DNA from: Patescibacteria group bacterium
GTDB taxonomy: Bacteria; Patescibacteriota; Doudnabacteria; UBA920
Length of the DNA stretch: 64,000 nt
NCBI GenBank assembly: GCA_023484515.1
Contig: JAMDAY010000010.1
Coordinates: forward strand, 5,131 to 69,130
Direction of reading: 5' to 3'
The position numbers and the translations under genes were made by a program. The first letter of the stretch is position 1; each line of letters opens with the position of its first letter. Shown here piece by piece: positions 28,579 to 38,951 of the stretch. The notes under the pieces were generated by a model. That model ran no database searches. It was not told the DNA's origin and worked only from the letters and a program-made list of their open reading frames with translations.

Positions 28579-29686
28579 CGAGGCTGATTCCGAAGCGGTA
28601 ATCCAGGCGCTCAAATCCGATTGGTTGACTACTGGACCCAAGGTGGCCGAATTTGAGCAAAATTTTGCGTCCTATGTCGGCGCGAAATACGCAGTAGCGG
28701 TTTCCTCGGGAACGGCGGCCTTGCATTTGGCGTGCTTGGCAGGCGGCTTGGCAAAAGGCGATGAGCTAATAACCAGTCCCATGACGTTTGCCGCTTCCGC
28801 CAATTGTGCGTTTTATTGCGGAGCGAAACCGGTATTCGCGGACATACATAAAGAAAACGGCCTTATAGACGAAAATTTGATTGAGGAAAAAATCAATTCC
28901 AAAACAAGAATAATTATTCCCGTTCATTATGCCGGCCTTCCATGCAATTTGGAAAAAATAAAGGAAATTGCCGATAAGCACAACTTAACTGTAGTTGAAG
29001 ACGCCTGCCACGCACTGGGGGCGGAATATAAAAATACCAAGATCGGCGACTGCGCCTATTCCGACATGGCTGTTTTCAGCTTTCATCCCGTTAAGCACAT
29101 TACCACCGGCGAAGGGGGAATGGTCACGACGAACTCCGAACGGCTATATGAAAAGCTTCTTGCTTTAAGGAGTCATGGAATTACCAAGGATCGGAACAAG
29201 CTGCTGAATAAGGAAGAAGGGCCGTGGTTTTACGAAATGCAGGAACTGGGTTTTAATTATAGGATTACCGACATCCAATGCGCACTGGGAATAAGCCAGT
29301 TGGCCAAAGTCGATGAATTTATTGAAAAAAGAAGGGAGATTGCCAGAAAGTATGATGAAGCGTTTTCGGGGATAAATAAGATAGAAATTATAAAAGAAAT
29401 GGCAAACAGGAAGAACGCTTACCATCTTTATGTAATTAAATTGAAAGATAACGAAGATCGGCTAAAGCTGTTTAATCACCTGAAAAAGAACGGAATTTCC
29501 TGCCAAGTCCACTACATTCCCGTCCATTGGCATCCTTATTACCAAAATCTTGGGTATAAAAAGCAGCAATGCCCGAATGCAGGGCTATTTTACCAAAGGA
29601 TAATAAGTTTGCCAATTTATCCGGGGCTAAAAAATGAGGAACAGGAGAAGATTATAAGCTCTATCAAAAATTTTTATGCCGGATAA
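28550..29686 (+). CDS. pseC: PseC-like PLP aminotransferase
   Basis: MIPYGKQ, WLTTGP, EDACHALG, SFHPVKHITTGEGG. Confidence 0.88.
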   Translation: MIPYGKQFIDEADSEAVIQALKSDWLTTGPKVAEFEQNFASYVGAKYAVAVSSGTAALHLACLAGGLAKGDELITSPMTFAASANCAFYCGAKPVFADIHKENGLIDENLIEEKINSKTRIIIPVHYAGLPCNLEKIKEIADKHNLTVVEDACHALGAEYKNTKIGDCAYSDMAVFSFHPVKHITTGEGGMVTTNSERLYEKLLALRSHGITKDRNKLLNKEEGPWFYEMQELGFNYRITDIQCALGISQLAKVDEFIEKRREIARKYDEAFSGINKIEIIKEMANRKNAYHLYVIKLKDNEDRLKLFNHLKKNGISCQVHYIPVHWHPYYQNLGYKKQQCPNAGLFYQRIISLPIYPGLKNEEQEKIISSIKNFYAG

Positions 29687-30422
29687 AAAAATCGGAATTA
29701 TATTACAAGCCCGCATGGGTTCAACCCGCCTACCCGGCAAAGTAATGATGAAGATACAGGACAAGACAGTTATCAGCTTGATTGTGGAAAGGCTGAGGCG
29801 GGTAAAAAATGCGGATGAGATTATCCTGGCAACAAGCATTGACCCAAGAAACGAAGGAGTGGTCGAGGAGGCCAGGCGATTGGGAATTGGTTATTTTAGG
29901 GGAAGCGAAGAAAATGTATTGGATAGGCTTTATCAGGCCTCTAAAAAATTCAGCTTAGACGCGGTGGTGAGGATAACAGGAGACTGCCCCTTAATTGATC
30001 CGGAAGTTGTTGGAAAAGGAATAGATTTATTTATAGGAAGCAAAGTTGACATAGTAAGCAATACGATTAAAAGGACCTTTCCCCATGGTTTGGATTTTGA
30101 AGTTTTCACGAAAGATTCGTTGGAAAAAGCTTGGCTGAGTGAAAAAGATAGGTTGGGCGATGGCTTTTTGGCTTCGTTTGTTAACCCTACCGCCTACATT
30201 AAAGAGTCGGGCGAGTTCAAGCATTTAGATATTCTAAACGGAACTGATTTATCTAAAATTAGGATAACTCTGGATTATCTCGAAGATTTGAAACTAATTG
30301 AAAAAATATACCAGGAACTTTATCCAGTAAATCCTTGTTTTGGATTGAAAGAGGTGTTGGAGTTACTCGATAAAAAACCTCAATTATTAATGATAAATAA
30401 AAAATATGTCGAACCAAATTAA
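29676..30422 (+). CDS. SpsF/PseF-like cytidylyltransferase
   Basis: QARMGSTRLPGKV, RGSEENVLDR, RITGDCPLIDP. Confidence 0.87.
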   Translation: MPDKKIGIILQARMGSTRLPGKVMMKIQDKTVISLIVERLRRVKNADEIILATSIDPRNEGVVEEARRLGIGYFRGSEENVLDRLYQASKKFSLDAVVRITGDCPLIDPEVVGKGIDLFIGSKVDIVSNTIKRTFPHGLDFEVFTKDSLEKAWLSEKDRLGDGFLASFVNPTAYIKESGEFKHLDILNGTDLSKIRITLDYLEDLKLIEKIYQELYPVNPCFGLKEVLELLDKKPQLLMINKKYVEPN

Positions 30423-31467
30423 GGATATTAAAATTGCCGGCAAAACGGTTGGATTGAATCGTCCTATTTTCATCAGCGCCGAAGTGGGAACAACATGCAA
30501 CGGCGATTTAAGAACTGCCAAAAAATTGGTAGACGCCGCAAAAGAAGCGGGAATGGACGCGGTCAAATTCCAGATTTTAAATCCGGAAGACAAGTTTAGC
30601 GATAAAAAAAATGTGACGTTTTCCTATAAGCGGCATGACGGGAAAGTCATTACGGAGAATTTATACGGGATGCTGAAGCAATATGTAATGCCGAGGGAAA
30701 ATTGGAAGGATCTAAAAAAATATGCTGACAAGGCCGGTATTATTATGTTTGCAACGCCTGACTACTTGGAGGGGGTTGATTTGATGGAGGAATTGGGTAT
30801 GCCTGCGTATAAGATTGCGACTTGGGACGTGACGTTTTGGCCGATGCTCGAAAAAATAGCCAAGTTAAAAAAGCCGACTGTTATAGATTTGGGAGCTTCT
30901 GATAAAGAGGAAGTTGCCCAAATATTGAAGGTATTCGAAAAATATAAGAATGACAAGCTCATATTGCTCCACTGCTTCCATACGCAAAAATTTGAGGAAA
31001 TGAACTTGAGAACTGTTGAATATTTAAGGCAAGCTTTCGGTTATTTGAGCGGATTTTCGGCCCCGGGGACGGATAGCGAGCTTGATTATTTATCATTACC
31101 CTATGGCCCGGTATATGTCGAAAAGAGATTGACATTAAACAGAAAAGACCCCCATCATCATCATGCGCAGGCATTGGAACCGGAAGAAATGAAAGAGTAC
31201 GTTGCAATAATCCATAATTTGGAGAAAGCCAGGGGGTGGTTTGATCTTAAGCCCACGGAGAGCGATTTAAAAATGAGGAGCGTTCATTTCAGGGGCCTGG
31301 TTGCCAGAGTTCCCATAAAAAAAGGACAGAAACTGACTTCCAAAAACGTTGCCTGCCGGCGCCCATATTACCGGGGTATAGACGCTAAATATTATCATTT
31401 AGTACTTAATCGCACAAGCAAAGTTGATTTAAAAGAGAATGATCCTATAAATTGGGATGCCATATAA
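30406..31467 (+). CDS. Atypical NeuB-family nonulosonate synthase homolog
   Basis: DAVKFQ, YKIA and C-terminal SAF-like domain, but SAP and EKR replace the usual SDH and EKH. Confidence 0.82.
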   Translation: MSNQIKDIKIAGKTVGLNRPIFISAEVGTTCNGDLRTAKKLVDAAKEAGMDAVKFQILNPEDKFSDKKNVTFSYKRHDGKVITENLYGMLKQYVMPRENWKDLKKYADKAGIIMFATPDYLEGVDLMEELGMPAYKIATWDVTFWPMLEKIAKLKKPTVIDLGASDKEEVAQILKVFEKYKNDKLILLHCFHTQKFEEMNLRTVEYLRQAFGYLSGFSAPGTDSELDYLSLPYGPVYVEKRLTLNRKDPHHHHAQALEPEEMKEYVAIIHNLEKARGWFDLKPTESDLKMRSVHFRGLVARVPIKKGQKLTSKNVACRRPYYRGIDAKYYHLVLNRTSKVDLKENDPINWDAI

Positions 31468-31469
31468 AC

Positions 31470-32543
31470 ATGCAGCCGATCACTGTACAAACTTCCAAAG
31501 GAAGGAAGAAAATAGGAGAAAAGCACTCTGTTTTTATTATTGCAGAAATGTCAGGTAATCACAATCAGAATATTAATAAGGCTTATAAGATTATTGACGC
31601 GGCGGCAAAAGCCGGCGCGGACGCTATAAAGCTCCAAACCTATACAGCCGACACGATCACTCTAAATAGCGATAAGGAATATTTTCAAGTCAGGGTTAAC
31701 GATGCTTGGAAAGGGCAGACTTTATATAGTTTGTACAAAAAGGCTTACACGCCATGGGAGTGGCAACCAAAGCTGAAAAAGTACGCGGAACGGAAAGGTT
31801 TGGTATTTTTTTCCACACCCTTTGATGTCACAGCGGTTGATTTTTTGGAAAAGTTACGGGTGCCATTATATAAAGTTGCGTCTTTTGAGGTAGTGGATAT
31901 ACCTTTATTGGAGCGAATCGGACAGACAAAGAAGCCGGTTATAATTTCGAGGGGAATGTCTTCGCTTTCGGAGTTAAAGCTGGCGATAAAAACTCTCATT
32001 AGCAAAGGCTGCCCTCAAGTGGCGGTTTTACACTGCGTGAGCTCTTATCCGGCCAAACCGGAACAAATGAATCTGGCGACTATTCCCGACATTAAAAAGA
32101 AAATGGGGGTAATACCCGGACTATCAGACCATACTTTGGGGCAAGCGGTGTCAGTTGCGTCGGTCGCTTTGGGGGCATGCATAATTGAAAAACATATTAC
32201 CTTATCGCGGGCGGATGGGGGGCCTGATGCGGATTTTTCCCTGGAACCCAGGGAGTTTGCAAAATTGGTCGCTTCAATCAGAGAGGTTGAGCAATCGATA
32301 GGGCAACCGTTTTACGGGGTAGAAAGCAAGGAGGCGGAAAATGTCGCGTTTCGGAAATCCCTATTCGTAGTCGCTGATATTAAAAAAGGCGAGAAATTTA
32401 GCGAAAAGAACGTTCGTTCCATCAGGCCCGGGTACGGGCTGGAACCGAAATATTACCATAATATTCTTGGTCGGACAGCCGCTTTAGACATTGACAAGGG
32501 AGAACCCTTGCGTTGGCCTATGGTACGAAAAAGGGCGAGATAA
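31470..32543 (+). CDS. pseI: Pseudaminic acid synthase
   Basis: IAEMSGNHN, KLQTYTADT, AYTPWEW, KVASFE, GLSDHT, IEKH, IRPGYGL. Confidence 0.9.
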   Translation: MQPITVQTSKGRKKIGEKHSVFIIAEMSGNHNQNINKAYKIIDAAAKAGADAIKLQTYTADTITLNSDKEYFQVRVNDAWKGQTLYSLYKKAYTPWEWQPKLKKYAERKGLVFFSTPFDVTAVDFLEKLRVPLYKVASFEVVDIPLLERIGQTKKPVIISRGMSSLSELKLAIKTLISKGCPQVAVLHCVSSYPAKPEQMNLATIPDIKKKMGVIPGLSDHTLGQAVSVASVALGACIIEKHITLSRADGGPDADFSLEPREFAKLVASIREVEQSIGQPFYGVESKEAENVAFRKSLFVVADIKKGEKFSEKNVRSIRPGYGLEPKYYHNILGRTAALDIDKGEPLRWPMVRKRAR

Positions 32544-32634
32544 AAGTAATTAATCACATGACCGTTTTTCATTCATGGTGCCGAAATTCACGCAGAGTTG
32601 CGGCATGGTTGGACGGAAAAGTGGAGAATATAAT

Positions 32635-33423
32635 ATGGACAAAAAAAAGGTAAAAAAATTTTGGGATGAACAAGCGACAGTTTTCGGCGAATCCCAGCTG
32701 GCAACCGCGCCGGATACTTATTACCGTGGCTTGGAAATAGAACAAATTGCCGCATATTTGCAAGAAGGAAAGAGTATTTTAGATGTCGGATGCGGAAACG
32801 GGTACTCAACATTTATATTTGCCAAAAAGTTTCCCAAATCAAATTTTGTCGGGTTGGACTATTCTCAAAACATGATCAACTTCGCCCGTTCCGCCCAAAA
32901 AAGACAGGTAAAGCTAAAGAACAGGCTGGATTTCCATGTCGGCGATGTTTTAAGTTTAAGCGAACATGAGGAGATTTTGAATAAAAAATTCGATCTCATC
33001 ATTTCGGAAAGATGCTTGATTAATCTTTATAATTGGGATGAGCAAAAAAAGGCTATTTTAGAAATGAAAAAAATGCTCAAACCGGGAGGGCGGATAATTC
33101 TGTGTGAAAATACGCAAGAAGGGCTCAAAAGATTGAATCGCTTAAGGAAGCCGCTTGGCTTGCCGGAGATTAAGATACGCTGGCATAATTATTATATGCC
33201 CGAAGAGAAGTTTTTAGAATTTGCCAAAAAGCAGTTCCGAATTCTTGATATTAATAACATCGGCAGTTTATATTACATCATTTCCCGAGTGGTTTATGCC
33301 AAATTAAGCGCTATGGAAAATAAAGATCCGGATTATCAAAATCCCATCAACATGATTGCCGCAAAGCTGCCTTTATTGGGAAATTTTTCGCCTAACTTTA
33401 TTTTTGTCCTGCAGAAAAAGTAA
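32635..33423 (+). CDS. Class I SAM-dependent methyltransferase
   Basis: ILDVGCGNG, GLDYS, LKPGG. Confidence 0.88.
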   Translation: MDKKKVKKFWDEQATVFGESQLATAPDTYYRGLEIEQIAAYLQEGKSILDVGCGNGYSTFIFAKKFPKSNFVGLDYSQNMINFARSAQKRQVKLKNRLDFHVGDVLSLSEHEEILNKKFDLIISERCLINLYNWDEQKKAILEMKKMLKPGGRIILCENTQEGLKRLNRLRKPLGLPEIKIRWHNYYMPEEKFLEFAKKQFRILDINNIGSLYYIISRVVYAKLSAMENKDPDYQNPINMIAAKLPLLGNFSPNFIFVLQKK

Positions 33424-33491
33424 CCTCTATCCAAAGTTGCCCGTAAGGCGTTTTGAATTTCTAATTGCCAACAATCATTAAGTATAATAGT

Positions 33492-34754
33492 ATGGAATAT
33501 TGTAAAAGGTGTTGTTATCCTGCAAATACCAAACCCATGATCTTGCTTGATGAGCAAGGTATTTGCAGCGGCTGCCGGTTTATGGAGCAGAGACCGAAAG
33601 TAGATTATGCCAAAAGAGAGGAAATTTTGCAAAAAATGGTAGAAGAATATAAAGCCAAAGCTAAGGCAAATGGCAGCCCTTATGATTGCATTATACCGGT
33701 GAGCGGAGGGAAGGATAGCCATTACCAGACATACTTTATTAAGAAAGTATGTGGCATGAATCCTCTTTTGGTTACATATAATCACGCGCTCAATACGGCA
33801 ACCGGGATAAGAAACCTTAATAATCTTGTGGAAAAGTTAGGTTGCGACCTGGTCAGGTTTACTTCAAACCCGGAATCCGTACGACGGATTTCCCGTTATA
33901 TGTTGAAAAAAGTGGGTGATGTTACCTGGCACTATCATGCCGGCATTAAGACGTTTCCGATCCAGATTGCCGTGAAATACAGAATTCCCCTGATCGTCTG
34001 GGGAGAGTTGGGTTTTGCCGATATGATGGGGATGTACCGTCATGAGGATATGCTGGAATTCTCCAAAAAAATCAGGCAGGAGCACGACATGCGGGGTTTT
34101 GAACCTGATGATATTTTGAACGATCCGGACAACCGCGAGATCACCCGCCAAGATCTTTCCCCGTTTTATTATCCGTCTGAGGAAGAAATGGAGGAGGTTG
34201 GGGTCAGGGGTATTTATTTGAGTAATTTTTTCGAGTGGAATTCAAAGAAACAGACCGAACGGATGATAAAAGAGTATGATTTTGAAACGGCAGAAAAAAA
34301 AGAAAGGACTTTCAACCTTTATGACAAGAATGATGACGCGGCAAATGAGGTCCACGATTATCTGAAATATTTAAAATTCGGATATGGCCGGGCGACGGAC
34401 GATGCGAGCTATGAAATCCGCATGGGGAGAATGACCAGGGAAGAAGGGGTGGAAATGGTGGCCAAGTATGACAGCGTAAAGCCGTCTTCGTTGAAAACTT
34501 ACCTGGAATTTATGGATATGACTGAGGAAGAATTTTTTCAAGCCGTAGAACCGATGCGAGACCCGAAGATTTGGGAAAAAACCGGCAGCGGAGAATGGGT
34601 TGTAAAAGATTCTATCATGAATCATAAATTGGAGCCTGGAGTGGATGAGGCCCGGCTTCCCCAGCAGAAGGATAGAACCGGTTTTATAAAAAACTCCCAT
34701 GCGGAATCATTTGTTCGCAGAAATAGCGGGGAAAGCGGATATATAGTTTTGTAA
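33492..34754 (+). CDS. N-acetyl sugar amidotransferase (WbuX/PseA-like)
   Basis: CKRC...CSGC, YDCIIPVSGGKDS, YLKFGYGRATD. Confidence 0.9.
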   Translation: MEYCKRCCYPANTKPMILLDEQGICSGCRFMEQRPKVDYAKREEILQKMVEEYKAKAKANGSPYDCIIPVSGGKDSHYQTYFIKKVCGMNPLLVTYNHALNTATGIRNLNNLVEKLGCDLVRFTSNPESVRRISRYMLKKVGDVTWHYHAGIKTFPIQIAVKYRIPLIVWGELGFADMMGMYRHEDMLEFSKKIRQEHDMRGFEPDDILNDPDNREITRQDLSPFYYPSEEEMEEVGVRGIYLSNFFEWNSKKQTERMIKEYDFETAEKKERTFNLYDKNDDAANEVHDYLKYLKFGYGRATDDASYEIRMGRMTREEGVEMVAKYDSVKPSSLKTYLEFMDMTEEEFFQAVEPMRDPKIWEKTGSGEWVVKDSIMNHKLEPGVDEARLPQQKDRTGFIKNSHAESFVRRNSGESGYIVL

Positions 34755-34760
34755 AAAACC

Positions 34761-35399
34761 ATGATTGCAATTATTGATTACAAAATGGGGAATTTGCGCT
34801 CTATTGCCAACGCGTTCGGATTGCTCGGGGCCGAGACAGTAATTGCCCAAACGCCTGAAATTTTATCTAAAGCGGAAGCAATTGTTATTCCGGGAGTTGG
34901 GGCGTTCCGGGACGGGATGAAGAATCTTCAAGAGCTTGGATTTACAAACGCCTTGCAGGAAGAAGTGGCGGAAAACAAGAAACCGTTCCTGGGCGTTTGC
35001 CTGGGGTTGCAGCTTATAGCTAAAAGGAGTTTTGAAAACGGTGAATACGAAGGCTTAGATTGGATAGATTTTGACGTCAAAAAAATAACTCCCCAAAGCG
35101 GGAATTTCCGGATCCCGCATATGGGATGGAACGAACTTGAAATTAAAGGCGAGGGGGGTGTATTGTTGCAGGGCATTCCGAAACCGGCGGTGGTATATTT
35201 CGTTCATAGTTATTTTCTTCAGCCTAACAGTAAAGCGTCTGAAAAGTTGGTTACTTCCACTTGCTTCCATGGCGAAACCATCACGGCGAGCGTTGAACAG
35301 GAAAATATTTTCGGGTGCCAGTTCCATCCTGAAAAAAGCCAGAATACCGGTTTGGCCGTATTAAGGAATTTTATTGAATTTGCAAAAAAACATGCTTAA
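34761..35399 (+). CDS. HisH-like glutamine amidotransferase (WbuY-like)
   Basis: PGVGAF, GVCLG, PHMGWN, YFVHSY, QFHPEKS; glycan-locus context. Confidence 0.9.
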   Translation: MIAIIDYKMGNLRSIANAFGLLGAETVIAQTPEILSKAEAIVIPGVGAFRDGMKNLQELGFTNALQEEVAENKKPFLGVCLGLQLIAKRSFENGEYEGLDWIDFDVKKITPQSGNFRIPHMGWNELEIKGEGGVLLQGIPKPAVVYFVHSYFLQPNSKASEKLVTSTCFHGETITASVEQENIFGCQFHPEKSQNTGLAVLRNFIEFAKKHA

Positions 35400-36195
35400 G
35401 AATAGATTAATTGCCTGCTTGCTGTGGAGGGACGGCCTGATAGTGCAATCGGTAAATTTTAACCATACGAATTTTGTCGGTGACGCGCTGACGGCTGTTG
35501 ATTTTTTTAATACCTGGGCCATTGATGAAATAGTCATTTTGGACGTCAGCCGGAATGCCGAAAAGCGGGACTTGTTTTTTCGCATCATAGACGAACTCTC
35601 CGCCCGGAGCTTTGTTCCTTTGACCGTCGGCGGAAAAATTAGGACAATTGAAGACATTAGGAAGCTGCTGCAAATAGGGGCTGACAAGGTTTGCGTTAAT
35701 TCGGAAGCCTTTAAGAATTCGCAGTTCGTTATGCAAGCAGCGGAAATGTTCGGGAGCCAATGCATTGTGGTTTCAATTGATGTTAAAAAAATTAATGATC
35801 AATACAGGGTGTTTATAAATAATGGCCAAACCGATACCGGAACAGACCCGGTGGGATGGGCAAAACAAGCTGAAGCATTAGGGGCTGGAGAGATATTTTT
35901 GACTTCTATTGACCGGGACGGTTCGCGGGAAGGATACGACCTGGAGTTGATTGCTAAAGTTTCTGGAAACGTCCGTATACCTGTAATTGCTTCCGGCGGA
36001 GTGGGAGACTGGCAACATTTTATTGACGGAATTGCCAAAGGGAAAGCCGATGCGGTGTCTGCAGCCAACATTTTCCATTATTCGGAGCAAAGCACCAAGA
36101 AGGCTAAAAATTTTATGAGGGCGAGCGGCCTGAATATTAGAGAACCCGAATTTTATTTTATTAATACGCCGCGAAAGCCAAAGTATCGGATATAG
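35392..36195 (+). CDS. HisF-like cyclase subunit (WbuZ-like)
   Basis: PLTVGG, GADKV, FGSQC, GAGEI.LTSIDRDG, PVIASGG. Confidence 0.9.
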   Translation: MLKNRLIACLLWRDGLIVQSVNFNHTNFVGDALTAVDFFNTWAIDEIVILDVSRNAEKRDLFFRIIDELSARSFVPLTVGGKIRTIEDIRKLLQIGADKVCVNSEAFKNSQFVMQAAEMFGSQCIVVSIDVKKINDQYRVFINNGQTDTGTDPVGWAKQAEALGAGEIFLTSIDRDGSREGYDLELIAKVSGNVRIPVIASGGVGDWQHFIDGIAKGKADAVSAANIFHYSEQSTKKAKNFMRASGLNIREPEFYFINTPRKPKYRI

Positions 36196-36201
36196 GCAGC
36201 T

Positions 36202-36951
36202 ATGATTAAATACGGTTTAAAATTATGGAGCAATAACTACGGCTATTTTGCGCAAGCCGTGTCTTTGTTCGCGGAAAAGGAGTTTGATTTTATTGAATTA
36301 TCACACAATGCCCGCATGGAGCTGGATTTAGGCAAGCTGGGATTGCTCAAAAATTTGCCTGTGACAATCCATAACACCAACGATCTTGGCTTTCACGAGT
36401 TTGAGATTGGCGTGCAGCAGCTTGAAATATGGGCAAAGACGAAGCAATTGGCCGATTACTTTAACAGTCCTTATATAATTGTTCATCCGGGAAGGGCAAA
36501 AGATTTTGATTCATTTATCCGTAATTTACAATATATTGACGACAGCAGAATCCTAATTGAAAATATGGCCGGTTTGGATTTGGACAAAAAATTAACATTC
36601 GGTTTTAACCTGTCAGAATTAAAATTGGTGAACAAAACGAAAAAAATTTGTTTTGATTTGGAGAAGGCTATCAAATCGGCGTGCTACCAGGAAATGGATT
36701 ACAAGGAATTTATATGCAGATGTATTAGCGAATTAAAGCCGTTTTACTTTCATATTTCGGGAGGGGATATGAACAGTGTTTTGGACGAGCATTTAAACTT
36801 ACAGGAAGCAAATTTCGATTTGAAATGGATAAAAAGAGAGCTTGAAAAAATTTCCGAAAGGCAAGACATTTTTTTGGTTTTTGAAACGCCTAAAAACAGC
36901 AATTTGGAGAATGACGTTGCCAATATGCGTTTTTTCAGGGAAGGAAAATAA
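36202..36951 (+). CDS. Xylose-isomerase/AP-endonuclease-like TIM-barrel protein
   Basis: IEL, IVHPG, LIENM, CFD, FHISG, DEH, FETP. Confidence 0.7.
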   Translation: MIKYGLKLWSNNYGYFAQAVSLFAEKEFDFIELSHNARMELDLGKLGLLKNLPVTIHNTNDLGFHEFEIGVQQLEIWAKTKQLADYFNSPYIIVHPGRAKDFDSFIRNLQYIDDSRILIENMAGLDLDKKLTFGFNLSELKLVNKTKKICFDLEKAIKSACYQEMDYKEFICRCISELKPFYFHISGGDMNSVLDEHLNLQEANFDLKWIKRELEKISERQDIFLVFETPKNSNLENDVANMRFFREGK

Positions 36952-36954
36952 AAT

Positions 36955-38940
36955 ATGAGTAATGTTAACAATCCGGACAGGCCTGTTGTCCTTTTTATCC
37001 CCGAAGCCGGCATATACCCTTATTTGCGGGGATTGGCCGTATTGGGCGATGCCATACAAAAACGCGGTGGCAGGGTTTTGGTGACGCGCGATTCCGGGCA
37101 GATGATACGCACTCCCATGGCCGCAGGCTTACGCGGGCCGGTATATCCTAGCGAGGGGCAAAAAACGGCCGTTGCCAGAAGCATTGACAGGCGTTTGGCA
37201 GATGTCCGGCAGAAATACAATTTTTCCATAATTGAACTTTCGGAACTTGTGAGTGCAAATCTTATGTCCGAGATTGAAAAGCTAATCCAAGTGCCGGATG
37301 AAAATTTGGAGGGGCTGGTTTACCAGGGGTGCCAGGTTGGGAAAATCGCTTTGCATGATTTTATCTTAGAAACCAAAACTTTTCCCGTAGTTTCTAAACT
37401 TTCAGCGGCGCATAAGGAATTATATAAGGCGTATATAAAAAATACAGCTTTGGCTGTTTCCATTTCGGACGAGATTTGCAAAATTTACCACCCATCTTTA
37501 TTTATTACTTTTAACGAATATTCCCAATGCCAGGCTGTGCGTTATAGCGCGGAAAAAAATTTCGTTTTACGGCTTGGACTGACATATCCGGTGCATTTCG
37601 GGACTGATACGTCAAAATTTTGTATTGGCAAGTCAGTGCTTATTTACCCTTCTTTTTCCTATTTCCAAAAATGGGAAGCGGTTAAAGACATGCCAATACC
37701 GCCGCAATATGTAAAGGAATGCTGGGAAGACGTTGTTTTTCGCGCTTTTACTTCGGGATCGCATATATTTTCCAACAAAAAGACCGGAGATCCAGTTACT
37801 ATTTTCAATAGACTAAAACTAAATCCACAGAAGAAAACCATTGTTGCCTACACGAGCAGCAGCGATGAACGCCAAGGAATGGATGTTGTCATAAAAATAT
37901 GGAAGGATGAAGGCCGGATAATTGACGCTTTTTCGGATCAGATAGAATGGCTGTCCTGGCTGCGAGACCAAGCTTCCCGGCGGAACGACATACAAATTGT
38001 AGTTCGCGTTCATCCGCGCGAAGGCTCAAGGCAGTTTGGGTTTGAATCGCAGCACCTTAAGGATCTCAAGGCCAAATTCTTAAAAAATTCCCCAAATTTC
38101 ACCATGGTTTGGCCGGATGACCCCATATCCAGTTATGATCTGATGGAACTGGCGGACGTTTGCCTTATTTCCTGGTCAACCATAGGGCAGGAGGCAGCCA
38201 GGCTGGGAATGCCAGTGCTAGCGTATGCGGGCAACATGAATTATCCTGACGACGATTTTATCCAAGTCGCCACAAGCCCGGAGGAATACGAAAAGAAATT
38301 AAACGCCATGCTGGAGATGGATTACACCTGGCGCCATTTGGTTAAAGCGGTAAGATTTTACCATTGGCGCACTTTTATTCCTTCCCTGGATTTGGGAGAA
38401 ACGGTCCCGCGGGGTTTTGAGGACGAGTCAATTTGGCCCGAAGCCCCAGCTTCCAAAATCGGAATAATTAACGAAATTTTATCCGGAAAAAAAGATATTA
38501 TTTCCTATAATGCAGAACAATGGAAAGCGTCCTTAACCGAAAAATCCGCCGCCTTGGAATCCGAAGCCATGCGGCAGGGGACTCGCTTGTTCCTGGACAA
38601 GATTTTTTATCCGCCAGTATCGTTGGAACAAAAATTCGGCGTCTTTTTCCGGCTTTACCGCAAAGGACTAAAGGCTTTAAGCCTGGTGTTTGGAAGAAAA
38701 TTTTATTTAAAACTTTTCAGACAAAGCTGGGAACGGCCGTTTAAGGATTATTGCCTGGAATTTTCTCCGGATACTGCAAATTTGCAGGTTTTGCGCGACA
38801 AAACCAGAAAAGACAAGAATTTGCGGATAATTGCGGCCGACGGCCCGTATGCCATTTTAATCCATAAAGGCAAGCTGCTCCGCCGGATGTCTCCGATGAT
38901 TGTCAGGCTGGCAAGGTTATACGTTTCCAGTCTGCAATAG
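36955..38940 (+). CDS. Capsule-biosynthesis-type GT-B protein, candidate nonulosonate transferase
   Basis: VVRVHPRE, ISSYDL, STIGQEAA; located next to the pse genes. Confidence 0.6.
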   Translation: MSNVNNPDRPVVLFIPEAGIYPYLRGLAVLGDAIQKRGGRVLVTRDSGQMIRTPMAAGLRGPVYPSEGQKTAVARSIDRRLADVRQKYNFSIIELSELVSANLMSEIEKLIQVPDENLEGLVYQGCQVGKIALHDFILETKTFPVVSKLSAAHKELYKAYIKNTALAVSISDEICKIYHPSLFITFNEYSQCQAVRYSAEKNFVLRLGLTYPVHFGTDTSKFCIGKSVLIYPSFSYFQKWEAVKDMPIPPQYVKECWEDVVFRAFTSGSHIFSNKKTGDPVTIFNRLKLNPQKKTIVAYTSSSDERQGMDVVIKIWKDEGRIIDAFSDQIEWLSWLRDQASRRNDIQIVVRVHPREGSRQFGFESQHLKDLKAKFLKNSPNFTMVWPDDPISSYDLMELADVCLISWSTIGQEAARLGMPVLAYAGNMNYPDDDFIQVATSPEEYEKKLNAMLEMDYTWRHLVKAVRFYHWRTFIPSLDLGETVPRGFEDESIWPEAPASKIGIINEILSGKKDIISYNAEQWKASLTEKSAALESEAMRQGTRLFLDKIFYPPVSLEQKFGVFFRLYRKGLKALSLVFGRKFYLKLFRQSWERPFKDYCLEFSPDTANLQVLRDKTRKDKNLRIIAADGPYAILIHKGKLLRRMSPMIVRLARLYVSSLQ

Positions 38941-38951
38941 GAAGTGATCTT

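Noticed and set aside
34761-36195. Histidine biosynthesis hisH/hisF
   Set aside because: They follow a WbuX-like sugar amidotransferase inside a glycan locus and no other his genes are present, so they fit the ammonia-supplying WbuY/Z type.
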